From an uncultured delta proteobacterium (GTDB taxonomy: Bacteria; Desulfobacterota; Binatia; JACPRU01), in contig CAVUWD010000006.1 in NCBI GenBank assembly GCA_963745025.1, forward strand, positions 448,001 to 512,000: a stretch of DNA of 64,000 nucleotides, written 5' to 3'. Position numbers and translations under genes: made by a program. The notes beneath the pieces were generated by a model. That model saw only the letters and a program-made list of their open reading frames with translations, was not told the origin of the DNA and did not search any database. Below are positions 50,402 through 60,839 of the stretch, piece by piece (position 1 is the first letter of the stretch; each line of letters opens with the position of its first letter).

Positions 50402-51604
50402 ATGGCCGACAACCTTCCAGCGAACCTACCCGTTCGCCGAACAAAAGAAGTCTCATCACGGGGCGACGTCGTTCCCATCACCACCAATCCCCCGGCGCCA
50501 GTGATCGAGGCGATCCAAGCCCCGCCCTCGCTTCCGGGGATAGTGTTCGTCAGACGACAGCTCACGCAGTTCATCCGCTTCGCGTCGAGACTAACGACGA
50601 GGAGCGCAACCCCGGCGCTCCGATGCTGCCTATTTGGTCTCGACTCGGTCGTAGTCACGGATCTCGATATAGCGTTTCGCGGGTCGCTTCCCGGCGCTCG
50701 CGACGTCGGCGTCCTGGTACCCGTCGAAAGCCTCAAGCGGTCCCTCGCCAGCACCGACCGCCCAGAGATCTTCATCGCCCCAGAGCAGCCCAACCCAACG
50801 CGGCCATTTGCGGTGAGGGTTGACGGGGCTTTCCTGCGAGGCCACGACCCGGCCGAGTTTCCGCCCGTATCGGCTCTCTTTCCTGACGGCGAGCCTCTTG
50901 CCCGTGCGCGTTTCCAGAACCTCGAACCCGTTCTCGTTGCCGCGAGCACCGACGAGACGCGGAAGGCGATGTGCGGCGTGTTTTTCCAGCTCTGCAAGAA
51001 TCTCGCGGTCGCCACCAACGGCCACGTTCTCCACGCCTTGGAGATCCAGAGCGGCGATCGCGGTGACTTCCTCGTCCCACGAAAGGCGATCGACCTCGTC
51101 GAAATCATCCGCAAGGCAACCAAGGCGCCCGAAGTCACGGTCGCCTTCCACCAAGATCACGCGGTTTTCCGCATCGCACAGTTCGAGCTCTCCGCCCGGT
51201 TGGAAACGACTAAGTTCCCGGCCTGGGAAGAGGTCGTCCCGAAGGCGCACAGATACGAGCTCCGAGTTTCGAAACCTGATCTTCTCCAAGCCCTGGATCG
51301 CGTTGCGGCAGCGATCGGTGACCGGGCCAGAGGAGTGGTGCTTCATCGCACTGGTGAGTGCCTCGAAATCCACGGAGAGAACCCGAGAGCCGGGGAATTG
51401 AAGACGGACATCGCCGCCAGCGGCTGGGCGGACAAGGCGGTGATCGAAGTAAACCTTTCCTACCTTTACAACGCGGCGCGCTTCGCGCCTTCCGACGAGC
51501 TGCGAATCGGAATCAGCGACGATACGAGCCCACTAAAGATCCAAGACGGTGCCTACCTGGCGGTCATCATGCCGATTGGGCCAGTGAAAGGAACGAAATC
51601 ATGA
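50402..51604 (+). CDS. dnaN: DNA polymerase III beta sliding clamp homolog (element-encoded)
   Basis: VTDLD, PAEFP, AASTDETRKAMCGVF, VATNGHVL, LVPRKA, KFPAWEEVVP, NLSYL, C-terminal VIMP. Confidence 0.85.
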   Translation: MADNLPANLPVRRTKEVSSRGDVVPITTNPPAPVIEAIQAPPSLPGIVFVRRQLTQFIRFASRLTTRSATPALRCCLFGLDSVVVTDLDIAFRGSLPGARDVGVLVPVESLKRSLASTDRPEIFIAPEQPNPTRPFAVRVDGAFLRGHDPAEFPPVSALFPDGEPLARARFQNLEPVLVAASTDETRKAMCGVFFQLCKNLAVATNGHVLHALEIQSGDRGDFLVPRKAIDLVEIIRKATKAPEVTVAFHQDHAVFRIAQFELSARLETTKFPAWEEVVPKAHRYELRVSKPDLLQALDRVAAAIGDRARGVVLHRTGECLEIHGENPRAGELKTDIAASGWADKAVIEVNLSYLYNAARFAPSDELRIGISDDTSPLKIQDGAYLAVIMPIGPVKGTKS

Positions 51605-52320
51605 CTGTCGAGAACAAGAATCGCGATGACAAAAAGAAGCTACACGAATTCCACGAGGCAACCGGAAGCAAAGGTGTCGTCTGGATCGACGACGCAACCG
51701 GCCGGATCGTGGAACTGCCGATCGAATCGCGCATTCGCCGAGGTGAGGGCGGCTGCCAGCTCTGCCATGAGCAGCTCGACGGGATGGAGAAGCGCGGGCG
51801 GGTCGATTTCGACGAACGCAACTTACCGCGCCTGATCTTCGGACCGGGCGAGGCGATCTGTGACGAATGCGTCGAGTGGGTCCGGCTGCTCGACTACCAC
51901 GCGGAGAACGGGTTGGTGGCTACTCCGCGATTTGAAGATGGCGATCTCGTACTGCGGGCCGGAACCGAGGAGCTCTACGAGGTCCTGGAGTCGAAGCTGA
52001 CCGGAATCCCCACGGCAGGAGTCTGGTTTCCGAGCTATACCTGCCAGCGGATCGAGGTCCGCCAAGGGACTGGCAAAATTCTCCCCGCCTGCATGGGGCT
52101 GCTCTTCGAGATCCCGGACTGCGAGCTTCAGCCCGTCCCGCCACGCTTCTCAGTCACGACTTCACGGCAGCAAAAGATCGAAGAGCGACACAAGTCCGTC
52201 GATTTGATCGGTACTGTCCGTGATCGGCTGGCGATCACGTCAGACGTGCGGAAAAGACCGTCGCCAACACTTCCCGAGCCTCGTCGGCCGCTGCTCCTCG
52301 GCAAGCGAGGTGGGCCATGA
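51601..52320 (+). CDS. Hypothetical protein with ClpX-type C4 Zn finger
   Basis: CQLC...LIFGPGEAICDECVE; ATGA-coupled to clamp gene. Confidence 0.65.
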   Translation: MTVENKNRDDKKKLHEFHEATGSKGVVWIDDATGRIVELPIESRIRRGEGGCQLCHEQLDGMEKRGRVDFDERNLPRLIFGPGEAICDECVEWVRLLDYHAENGLVATPRFEDGDLVLRAGTEELYEVLESKLTGIPTAGVWFPSYTCQRIEVRQGTGKILPACMGLLFEIPDCELQPVPPRFSVTTSRQQKIEERHKSVDLIGTVRDRLAITSDVRKRPSPTLPEPRRPLLLGKRGGP

Positions 52321-52892
52321 TCGTCAAATGGAAGCTTCCGACCTACTTACGCCAGGACATGGTCCGCAATTTCTTCTCCGTGATCACGAGCACGCGCGAC
52401 AAGGCGCTCTTCTCGCTGATCTACCTCTACGGCCTGCGGGTCTCGGAGGCTTGCCTGCTCCACCGAGACGACATCGACCTTCGGAGGCGGACAATCCGCA
52501 TCTGGCGAGTGAAGAACGGCAACAGCGGAGAGAAACCGCTCTTCAAGAGCCTCGTCCCGCTTTTGACCACCTATCTGCGAACACGCTCCGACGACAACGG
52601 CGCTCTCTTTGTCGGTCGCCAGGGCCGCCTGGGGAAACGCCAGATCCAGGCCCTTTTCACCCGTTACGCGATCGCCGCGAATCTTCCGCCGAACCGAAGG
52701 CACGTCCATTGCCTGCGGCATTCCTGTGCGACCCACCTGCTCGATGCCGGTGAGCCGATCGACTTCGTCCAGGATCACCTGGGTCACCGGTCGATCGAGA
52801 GCAGCTTGGTCTACGCCCGAGTTTCCGATCGCAGGCGGACGGAGACCATCAAGAGGCTCGAACGATCCCGCGAGATCGCCGTGCCGATCTGA
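52317..52892 (+). CDS. Minimal FimB/FimE-like tyrosine recombinase
   Basis: 191 aa, catalytic domain only; GLRVSE, RVKNG, HCLRH, LGH, LVY all intact. Confidence 0.9.
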   Translation: MIVKWKLPTYLRQDMVRNFFSVITSTRDKALFSLIYLYGLRVSEACLLHRDDIDLRRRTIRIWRVKNGNSGEKPLFKSLVPLLTTYLRTRSDDNGALFVGRQGRLGKRQIQALFTRYAIAANLPPNRRHVHCLRHSCATHLLDAGEPIDFVQDHLGHRSIESSLVYARVSDRRRTETIKRLERSREIAVPI

Positions 52893-52956
52893 CCCCGCCC
52901 CACCAACCGATTTCCACCAACGCTTTCTTCCTACCCCTCGTCACCCGACCCCCTTT

Positions 52957-53016
52957 ACCGGCAGCAGCCGTGAGGCCTCGTGCCTCCGGCTGCTGCCGGT
53001 CCCGCCTCTTTTTTTT
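52957..53016 (+). terminator. Hairpin and T-run after recombinase
   Basis: ACCGGCAGCAGCCG..CGGCTGCTGCCGGT, then a T-run. Confidence 0.6.
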
Positions 53017-53050
53017 GCCTAAAATCCGCCCGGTAGCGACTCGATGCAGC

Positions 53051-53105
53051 CGATCCCGCCGAACATTTGTGCCCGAACGACAGCGTCCGCCTGACTGCAT
53101 CGTCT
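53051..53105. repeat. 55-bp identical direct repeat, copy 1 (homology extends ~53010-53150)
   Basis: CGATCCCGCCGAACATTTGTGCCCGAACGACAGCGTCCGCCTGACTGCATCGTCT. Confidence 0.92.
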
Positions 53106-53334
53106 ATCCGAAAAGTGCAGTCGCAGCTGCTCGGCCAGTCATAAGTCGCCCGCAGGGAGCAGACCACAGCGGCTGCTTGAGGTCTTGCTCAGCAGTTCCT
53201 CTCGCTTCATCCTCCGGGCCCCGCTGCCAGGCGGGTGCGAGTTGTCGATCAATTCGCCGGAGCATAACGCCCTTTTCCTTTTTCTTCCACCAACTACTAA
53301 ACACTACTCCTCCTAGACGACTGTGCCGCCTCGC

Positions 53335-53934
53335 TTAGTCTTGGTTGTCTTTTGGAAGAGTAAGGGTGCCGTCCTCGGTACCAGTGAATTGGCCAAAACC
53401 TCCGAAGACTCCATTCTTAAACCCAAACATTAAGTAGCTCCCGGCAGTTTGAAAATCGTAACCCCCGGTCGCACCTGTAGATTTCCCCGTCCCCCCAATC
53501 ACCTCGGCGTGCCCAGAGTTGGTGAATGGGAAGGGAAAGGTGGAGAAATTGATACAGAGCGTTGCTGAGGTAATCCTAGAAAAGAGTTGGTCCCCGGTTT
53601 TCTCGGCTGTGCCAACGTCTCGGCTTTGTCCGGTGGGTTCATCGATATGGTACTCATGCGTCGTTCCCTCGGGACACGTAGGGACGGTTGGCTGAAGAAT
53701 CCATTCCTGTTCTTGCTGGAAAAAAGACGTCCCGCCGGGACTGCAATTCGTGACTCCTTGAGCCAAGGTCGCTGACGCCCCATCGCCATTGGTATCGATG
53801 TTAGTTTCCACCCCATTAGTGAACGTCCCCGAATAGGTACAGTGAAACTTCTGGGTCTTGGCTTCAGCGGTGCCGACAACGACTGCGAAGATGAAGACGA
53901 GAGCGGCGCTGATCGTAAGATGTTTACTGTTCAT
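53335..53934 (-). CDS. Secreted beta-rich protein, paralog B of 35214-35822
   Basis: GVETNIDTNGDGASA, ILQPTV.TCP.GT, EKTGDQLF, IGGTGK..GATG, GSYL.FGF. Confidence 0.82.
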   Translation of the reverse strand: MNSKHLTISAALVFIFAVVVGTAEAKTQKFHCTYSGTFTNGVETNIDTNGDGASATLAQGVTNCSPGGTSFFQQEQEWILQPTVPTCPEGTTHEYHIDEPTGQSRDVGTAEKTGDQLFSRITSATLCINFSTFPFPFTNSGHAEVIGGTGKSTGATGGYDFQTAGSYLMFGFKNGVFGGFGQFTGTEDGTLTLPKDNQD

Positions 53935-54183
53935 TTCTTTTCTCCTTGTGAATGTTTGGAGTTGCACGGGATGCGGCGGCCTGTTTTTACCGCTTCGGCT
54001 TGGAGTTGGAATCGTGCGCGCACAAACCATCCTCTCAACATTCCAGACGCGCTGTCCTTCGCGACCTCTCTATTGTTCGAGGCCGTGTTGACGTCGGCAG
54101 CAGGAGGGACTTCTCGGCCTCTCCACGCGCATGGCCGGGTGAGGGCCATTGCGCAAAGGTCGAGTAGGGAAACGAAGCGGAAT

Positions 54184-54591
54184 CTAGTGGGGGTCGGTGG
54201 AGGCGTTTCCGGAAGCTCGACGCTCAGGTGAAGGGAGCAGCTTCGGGGGCAGCGGATGCTGGTCGCGGCATTTCAGCAGAGCGGATCGGGCGGTCGCCGA
54301 AAGCGCATCGACCGACCTTGACCCGACTACTTCGCCTGGGTTCCGCCTGAATGCCTTCTCGTGCTTCGAGAAGTCCTTAACCCCATCGTTCGGCAACGCG
54401 GCGGCGGCGTAGTCGACGCCGTCCATCGGCGCGATCTCGTAGGAGTAGTCCTGGATCGCACTGAGCCCCACCGCAAAGAGGAAGAGTAATTCGCTCAGGG
54501 GAACTGTTACGCGGCCTCGCCGACCACTGGCCCGCCGTGGACCAGTCGGTCCGATCTGACCGACGCTTAGCAGATAGAGCTTGGCTCGCAT
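54184..54591 (-). CDS. Leader-like ORF upstream of paralog B
   Basis: Homologous to 35954-36331; start uncertain. Confidence 0.6.
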   Translation of the reverse strand: MRAKLYLLSVGQIGPTGPRRASGRRGRVTVPLSELLFLFAVGLSAIQDYSYEIAPMDGVDYAAAALPNDGVKDFSKHEKAFRRNPGEVVGSRSVDALSATARSALLKCRDQHPLPPKLLPSPERRASGNASTDPH

Positions 54592-54843
54592 CGCTCGCCC
54601 GAACGCGACCGAGGCTGCAGCAGCGATTCTCACTCTTTCCCGAGTTGCCACCAGCTTTAGTACCAACGCCACCTGTTCATGTACGCCGCGAATGCGGCCG
54701 TACCAGACGGTCCGTACCAACCCGCGATCGGCGGTGTCAAGAAAATTTCGGGATGCTGCCATATCCGAAGCCCCTACAACTGAGACGCCCGTCTCGCCCC
54801 CTGGTCGGCCGCCTGCGCTGGTCTCAAATTCGAGAATCAACTA

Positions 54844-55975
54844 CTGAATCTCGCATAATATCTTGACAAATCGATCAGTTGTGCTAGATTCCGCCGCATG
54901 GGGACAGCGGGGATTGGGCAGAGGCGGGATTTCGAGGGGCTGACGCAGCGACGCGCGCAGGCGGCACGACTGTTCGGGAAGGCGAAGGGCCGCGGCGCAC
55001 TGGCGGGGATCGCGCGAGCGCTGGCGGTCAGCCGGCAGAGCGTCACCCGGTGGTATCGGCAATGGAGAAGCGGTGGCATTGCCGCGCTGAAGGGAGCCGG
55101 ACGTGCCGGCCGGATGCCGAGACTGAATGCGGAGCAACTTCGCCAAGTGGACTGGGCTCTTCGACAGGGGGCTCGGACGCAGGGGTTCGGCACAGACCTC
55201 TGGACGCTGCCGCGCGTCGCACAGGTCATCGAGCGAGTGACCGGCGTTCATTACCATCCGGGGCACGTGTGGCGCGTTCTGCGCCAGATGGGTTGGACGT
55301 TGCAGCGACCAGCACGCAAGGCTCGGGAGCGAAACGAAGAGGCGATTCGGCAATGGATCGCCGAGCGCTGGCCTGCGGTTAAAAAAAAGCCCGCCGCCAA
55401 CAAGCGTGGATCGCATTCCAGGACGAGAGCGGAATCTCGGAGCGTCCCCCGGTCCGCCGCACCTGGGCACCCCGCGGCGAAACCCCGGTCCTGATCCACG
55501 CCTTCAACTGGAAGAAGATGTCGGCGTCGGCGGTGCTGGCCTACCGCTTCGACGGCAAGCGCAGCCGGCTTCTGTTCCAGGTCAAGCCCGACAGCTACAA
55601 CACCCAGAGCCTCATTGCCTTCCTCGACGAACTGCGACGGCACTTCCGCGGTCGCAGAGTCATCCTGGTCTGGGACGGCCTGCCCGCTCACCGTAGCGCC
55701 GAGATGACCGACGTATCTGCGCCGTCAGGCCTATTGGCTCACGGTCGAGCGGCTGCCCGGCTATGCCCCGGAACTCAATCCCGTCGAATACTTGTGGGGA
55801 AACGTCAAAGGCCAGGAACTCGCCAATCTCTGCGCTGCGAATCTTGGCGAGGCCGCCTCTGCTCTCCACACTGGAATGCAGCGCGTGCGCCGCTCTCAGC
55901 AACTGTGCTTTTCCTTCCTCGACAAGGCCGGCCTCTCTTTTTGACAACAATGTCACTGTATTACGCGAGATTCAG
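54844..55975 (+). mobile_element. IS630-family element with TA target duplication
   Basis: IRs CTGAATCTCGCATAATA / TATTACGCGAGATTCAG flanked by TA; HTH orfA (LWTLPRV), A8 frameshift site at 55381-55388, DDE orfB (DESG, WDGLPAH, YAPELNPVE); extra indel ~55710. Confidence 0.92.
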
Positions 55976-56402
55976 TAAATACAAAGCCAGCCAGCTTTGC
56001 AACCGTCCACGCCTGCGATCGCGGTCATCAGGTAGGTCCAACGGCTATCCGGCCTATGCTCCACGCCGACCGCTACGCTAGCGACCAACGACTACTCCGT
56101 TGCGATGGCGATCGCGCCCCTTGGACATCTTGGACTCCTCGATTTCGATCATCAACGTCGAGAGGTTCGACACGAGCGCCAACCGACAACGTGAACACGG
56201 ACGACGCCATGACTTCGATGTCGAGGGGATCTTCGAGATGATCAACAACGTGGTCCTCACCTCGATCGCTTGATAGCCGACGCTCTCGGTTGTCCCTCAT
56301 GATCCGTGGCGGGTTCAACGGTTGCGAAAACCGCCGAGCTCAGCTGCACGGTTAACACTCCTCTCGCCCTCCTTTTTTGCCCAAAATCCGACTCTATGCA
56401 GG

Positions 56403-56457
56403 CGATCCCGCCGAACATTTGTGCCCGAACGACAGCGTCCGCCTGACTGCATCGTCT
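56403..56457. repeat. 55-bp identical direct repeat, copy 2 (homology extends ~56372-56500)
   Basis: Identical to 53051-53105. Confidence 0.92.
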
Positions 56458-56660
56458 TGCCGTAAGGCGCATTCGCATGCGACGCGGTCTCACCGCAGGT
56501 AGGCGGCAGCGAGCGAACCCAACCAGCCGATCGAGGGCTCGCGCCTTGCGCGAAAGCGCCCGAAAGGACTATCGGCAGTGATCAGGGGCTAGCCTCCAAG
56601 GAGGGGGCAAGATGCTCTGCCCTTACTGCAAGCACGAGAATTTCGTTGGATGCGAGGTAA

Positions 56661-56718
56661 TCTGGGAGCGCGACCGTCTCGGTCGCTTTTGATGCGGGCG
56701 GGACGCCCGCGCTCCCAG
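56661..56718. repeat. REP-like palindrome
   Basis: TCTGGGAGCGCG...CGCGCTCCCAGA. Confidence 0.65.
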
Positions 56719-56728
56719 AGGAGTAACG

Positions 56729-59131
56729 ATGCCTGATCAGACGCCCGCCGTGGGGATGGAACGCAAGCTGGCGGCGATCTTCAGTACGGATGTCGCGGGC
56801 TACAGTCGCCTCATGGGGGACGATGAAGAAGCCACGATCCGCACCCTCACCGCCTATCGTGCTGTGATCTCCTCCCTGATCCAACATTACCGAGGCCGGG
56901 TGGTCGATTCTCCCGGTGACAATCTCCTAGCCGAGTTCGCCAGTCGTGGTCGATGCCGTGCGCTGCGCGGTCGAGATTCAACACGCACTCAAAGAGAAGA
57001 ACGCAGAGCTATCTCCCCAGCGTCAGATGCAGTTTCGCATCGGCATCAACCTGGGCGATGTGATCGTCGAAGGCGAACGACTCTACGGAGACGGGGTCAA
57101 CATCGCCGCGCGGTTGGAAAGCCTCGCGGTTCCCGGCGGTATCTGTATCTCGGGCACGGTGTACGATCAGGTCGAGACCAAGCTTGCGCTGACGTACGAG
57201 GATCTTGGGCGAACAGACTGTCAAGAACATCGCCAAGCCAGTGCGCGTTTTTCGCGTGGTGATGGATGCCACGACAGCTGCCTTCGCCGAGCAACTCGTG
57301 CTTCGACAAGCTCAGCACGAACGGACACCGACTCCGGTCATCCTGGGCCTGTCGAAAGGTGCTCAACTGAAACGCAGGGGAGGACTGTTGCTGGCGGGGC
57401 TGGTGCTCATCGCGGCAACGTTCGTCACTGTCCGTTATTTCTCCTTTCCTACCAACACCCAGCCCCTAGCACCCAGCACCCAGGCCGCGCCAGCGGCGCT
57501 GCCGCTGCCCGACAAACCCTCCATCGTCGTCCTGCCCTTCGACAACATGAGTAAAGATCCCGAGCAGGACTACTTCAGCGACGGCATCACCGAAGTGCTC
57601 ACCTCTGACCTCTCCCGCATCTCCAGCCTCTTCGTCATCGCCCGCAACACGGCCTTCACGTACAAGGGCAAAGCGGTGAATGTACAAGACGTGGGGAAAG
57701 AACTGGGCGTACGCTACGTGCTGGAAGGCAGCGTGCAGAAGGCGGGCGAGCAGGTGCGGATCGTGACCCAGTTGATTGATACCACGACCGGCGGGCACCT
57801 GTGGTCGGAGCGCTACGACCGTCCGCTGCAAGACATCTTTGCCCTGCAAGATGAGATCGTGCAGAAGATCGTGACGACGCTGAAGCTGCAGCTCACGTTG
57901 CAGGAGCAAGGGTACATCGTGCGCAAACACACCGACAACCTGGAGGCCTATGATGCCTTCTTGCGCGGGGTGGAGTATTATTTCCGCTTCACGAAAGAGG
58001 CCAATGCCCAGGCACGGCAGCTGTTTGAGAAAGCCATTGCCCTGGACCCGCAGTATGCGGAGGCGTACGCGTGGCTGGGTTGGACCTACTGGCTGGAGTG
58101 GGGCTTGCGCTGGAGTGCGGACCCCCAGACCCTGGAGCGCGCGTTGGCGCTGGCGCAACAGGCTCTTGCCCTGGATGACTCCCTGCCGAGAGCCCATTCG
58201 CTCTTGAGCATCGTCTATGCGCAGAAACAGCAGTATGACCAAGCCATAGCCGAGGGCGAACGGGCCATCGCTCTCGATCCCAACAATGCGGACAGCTATG
58301 CCGCGCAGGCGGAGGTGCTGAACTTCGCGGGCCGGCCAGAAGAGGCTCTGCAGTCAGTGGAGCAGGCGATGCGGCTCAACCCCCGCTATCCACCCTGGTA
58401 CTTATTCGAATTGGGCTCGGCCTACCGCTTGACCGGGCGGTATGCCGAGGCGATCGCCACGCTGAAGGAAGTCATCAGCCGGAACCCCAATTTTATCCCT
58501 GCCCACCTTCAGTCTGGCTGGCAGCTACCTAGGGCAGTGGATCTCTCAACAGAGCCCAGCTGCCCAGACGTTGGAGCCGGCAGTGGCGGCGGGGCAACGG
58601 GCCCTGGCCCTCAATGACTCCCTCCACTGGAACCACATAGTCTTGGGCTATATCTATCTCTACCAACAGCAGTATGAGCAGGCCCTGGCGGAGATGGAGC
58701 GGGCTGTGGCCCTCGCTCCTACCGAGGCGTGGAGCTATGCGGCTCTGGCTGAGGTGCTGAGCCGGATGGGCAGGACGGAGGACGCCCTGGAGGCCGCCGC
58801 ACAGGCGCTGCGCCTGAAGCCCCTTATTGCGGACGTCCACTTAGACAGCGTCGGCGCTGCCTATGCCGTGGCCGGGCGCCATGAGGAGGCGATTGCCCCT
58901 TTGCAGCAGTTATCATCAGCCGCTATCCCAACATTCTGTGTGCCCATCTCACGCTGGCAGCGGTCTACAGCGAGTTAGGCCAAGACGCCGAGGCGCGGGC
59001 CGAGGCAGCAGAAGTGCTGCGGATCAATCCCCAGTTCTCGCTCGGAAGTTCACAAACAGCGAGTGCCGATCAAAGACCCGGCGGTGTTAGAGCGTCATCT
59101 TGCTGCCTTGCGCAAGGCGGGGTTGAAATAG
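56729..59131 (+). pseudogene. Class III cyclase + TolB-N-like + TPR protein broken by ~5 frameshifts
   Basis: ERKLAAIFSTDVAGYSRLM, FRIGINLGDV, VNIAARLE, PSIVVLPFDN, DYFSDGITE, TPR array across frames. Confidence 0.88.
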
Positions 59132-59426
59132 CAGTGGCGGATTCGGGTGACAAGTTCTTTCGACCGCGCGGACTACTTGATCGTGACGAGATGAAGCTGA
59201 TCGCTGCCGCTACCGTCTGCACGCCGAGAATGCCGAACTGCAGAAAACGTTAGGAAGATGAAGCTCGGCGCCGGGCAGCCGCCTAAGTGCGGGCAACGAG
59301 CTTTGGTCAGTGGGCGCGTAGCTAGGAGTAATGAGGCAGTTCTGGGTCACGCGTCCGCCGCGAAAGTAACTTTGATCGCAGCGTGGTCGCTCAGCCGCTC
59401 CTTCTCGGAACGCGTGGCCACCTCGC

Positions 59427-59861
59427 TTACGGTAGAGCCTTGCCCGCAAGCGCCGATGAGATGATGCAGCCTATCTTCCCGGCGTGTGGCCCGTCGAGCA
59501 CGCGGACGCGGCGGTAGGTTCCTGGCGGGTGGCGTGTGTTGCACGAATCGCTTGGCGTAATCTCGTGGACGCGCGTGCTGTGCGCGAGCTTCGCTATCAC
59601 TCCCTTGGCGCACGAGACCGGCTGGCCCGTCGCATCACGCTCGACTTGCTCCGCTTGCCCGTGGAGGAGGGTGAGTGAGTCGAGTTCGCAGACCTTCGCG
59701 GCGAGATCGCTCTCCCACAGGCTGATGTCGCCGCGCCCCCCGTCGTGCAGCTTCATGCCCTCGACGAAGAAGTCCCCTTGCGCGAACACGACTCCAGCCG
59801 TGAGGAAAGCCCCCATGAAAGCGACGCCGAGCATGTGCCAGAATAAGGACTCTCGTTTCAT
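59427..59861 (-). CDS. Exported hypothetical protein
   Basis: MKRESLFWHMLGVAFMGAFLTAGVVFA signal; VRVLDGPHAGKIGCI. Confidence 0.6.
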   Translation of the reverse strand: MKRESLFWHMLGVAFMGAFLTAGVVFAQGDFFVEGMKLHDGGRGDISLWESDLAAKVCELDSLTLLHGQAEQVERDATGQPVSCAKGVIAKLAHSTRVHEITPSDSCNTRHPPGTYRRVRVLDGPHAGKIGCIISSALAGKALP

Positions 59862-60084
59862 GGCGGACCGCGCAAAGAGTATGCCTACACGCGGCAGCCG
59901 AAAAAAGACAGCTGAGTCGCGCCCGATGGATCGCCGCGCGATGAGATCCGGCGTGTGGACCTCGCGGAGTTCCTCCTCGTTGACGGCCACCGGATGATGG
60001 AAGTGACCTTCACCGACCGTTCTCGACTCGGCGAGGTGGTCGTGGATTTTGGCCGCCTTGCGTAGCACGAAGCCGTGAATCTCT

Positions 60085-60509
60085 CGTGGCTCGCCTGGGA
60101 GGCTGCCGCCCAGTCCAGACCGGCTGCCAGCGCTCGGCCGATCGTCACGGCTACCGACCCGACGCTCACCCCGAGGCTCTGCGCCACCTCCCGGGGCGTC
60201 CGCCCGGCCACCCACTTCAGCCGCAGGATCTCCCGGCTCTTCCGCTCCCATCTCGCCTTTTTCCGGCCAGGCGGCGGATACCGTCCAGCGTCGCTCGCCT
60301 GCTCGGCGAGCCCCGTCCCCTTCCAGCCACGGAGGGGCCGTCTACCTGATCACGAACTCCGATCTACGTGATCACGGTCCATCGGACCGATCCGCGTGAT
60401 CACGACTCCGATCCGGCTGATCACGAGGCGGATCTTTGTGATCCCCATCGACCGATCCGGCTGATCACGTCGCTCCGATCCCCGTGTTCACGATCGGCCG
60501 AAACACGCA
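60085..60509 (-). mobile_element. IS21-family remnant: left end with multiple repeats and 5' fragment of istA
   Basis: End TGCGTGTTTCGGCCGATCGTGAACAC; ~7 TGATCACG-type repeats at 60345-60495; REILRLKW..GRTPREVAQSLGVS HTH. Confidence 0.82.
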
Positions 60510-60575
60510 CCCGATCGCGGGTAGCACGGTGATTTTCGCCTTTACTTCGCCTAGGGTCCGCCGTAAGCGAGGGGG

Positions 60576-60839
60576 ATGGCGAAGGTGCTGCCGCCGATCA
60601 CCGTTGCTGGCATCACGTACCGCGTACTCCGTCTCGATGGCGCTCGCGGCCCGCGATACCTCTTACGCAGCGAGATGGGTGATCTCCTTGGCCTCTATCC
60701 CTACCGCGCCGAACCGATGCGGCTCTACGCGGCACCGCTGCAACCGGCTCGCAACGATTCGAATCCCCTCGCTCGGCTCGACTTCTTCGACGCGGACGGT
60801 AGGCTCGTGGCCCGGAATGTTGCGCCGCGTGCTCGATAG
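60576..60839 (+). CDS. Small hypothetical protein
   Basis: [10 protein letters not shown]; 87 aa. Confidence 0.5.
   Translation: MAKVLPPITVAGITYRVLRLDGARGPRYLLRSEMGDLLGLYPYRAEPMRLYAAPLQPARNDSNPLARLDFFDADGRLVARNVAPRAR

Noticed and set aside
52317-52892. Integron integrase
   Set aside because: Too short, lacks the IntI-specific insertion, and no canonical attC array seen
56612-56660. MLCPYCKHEN start resembling a DZR-cyclase N-terminus
   Set aside because: Interrupted after ~12 codons by a REP-like palindrome; too short to call
60345-60500. Regularly spaced TGATCACG repeats resembling a CRISPR or iteron array
   Set aside because: Short, degenerate, no unique spacers; explained as IS21 terminal transposase-binding repeats next to an istA fragment
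60757-60772. TTCGAATCCC as possible attR
   Set aside because: Only ~10 nt match, inside an ORF, lacks acceptor-stem sequence
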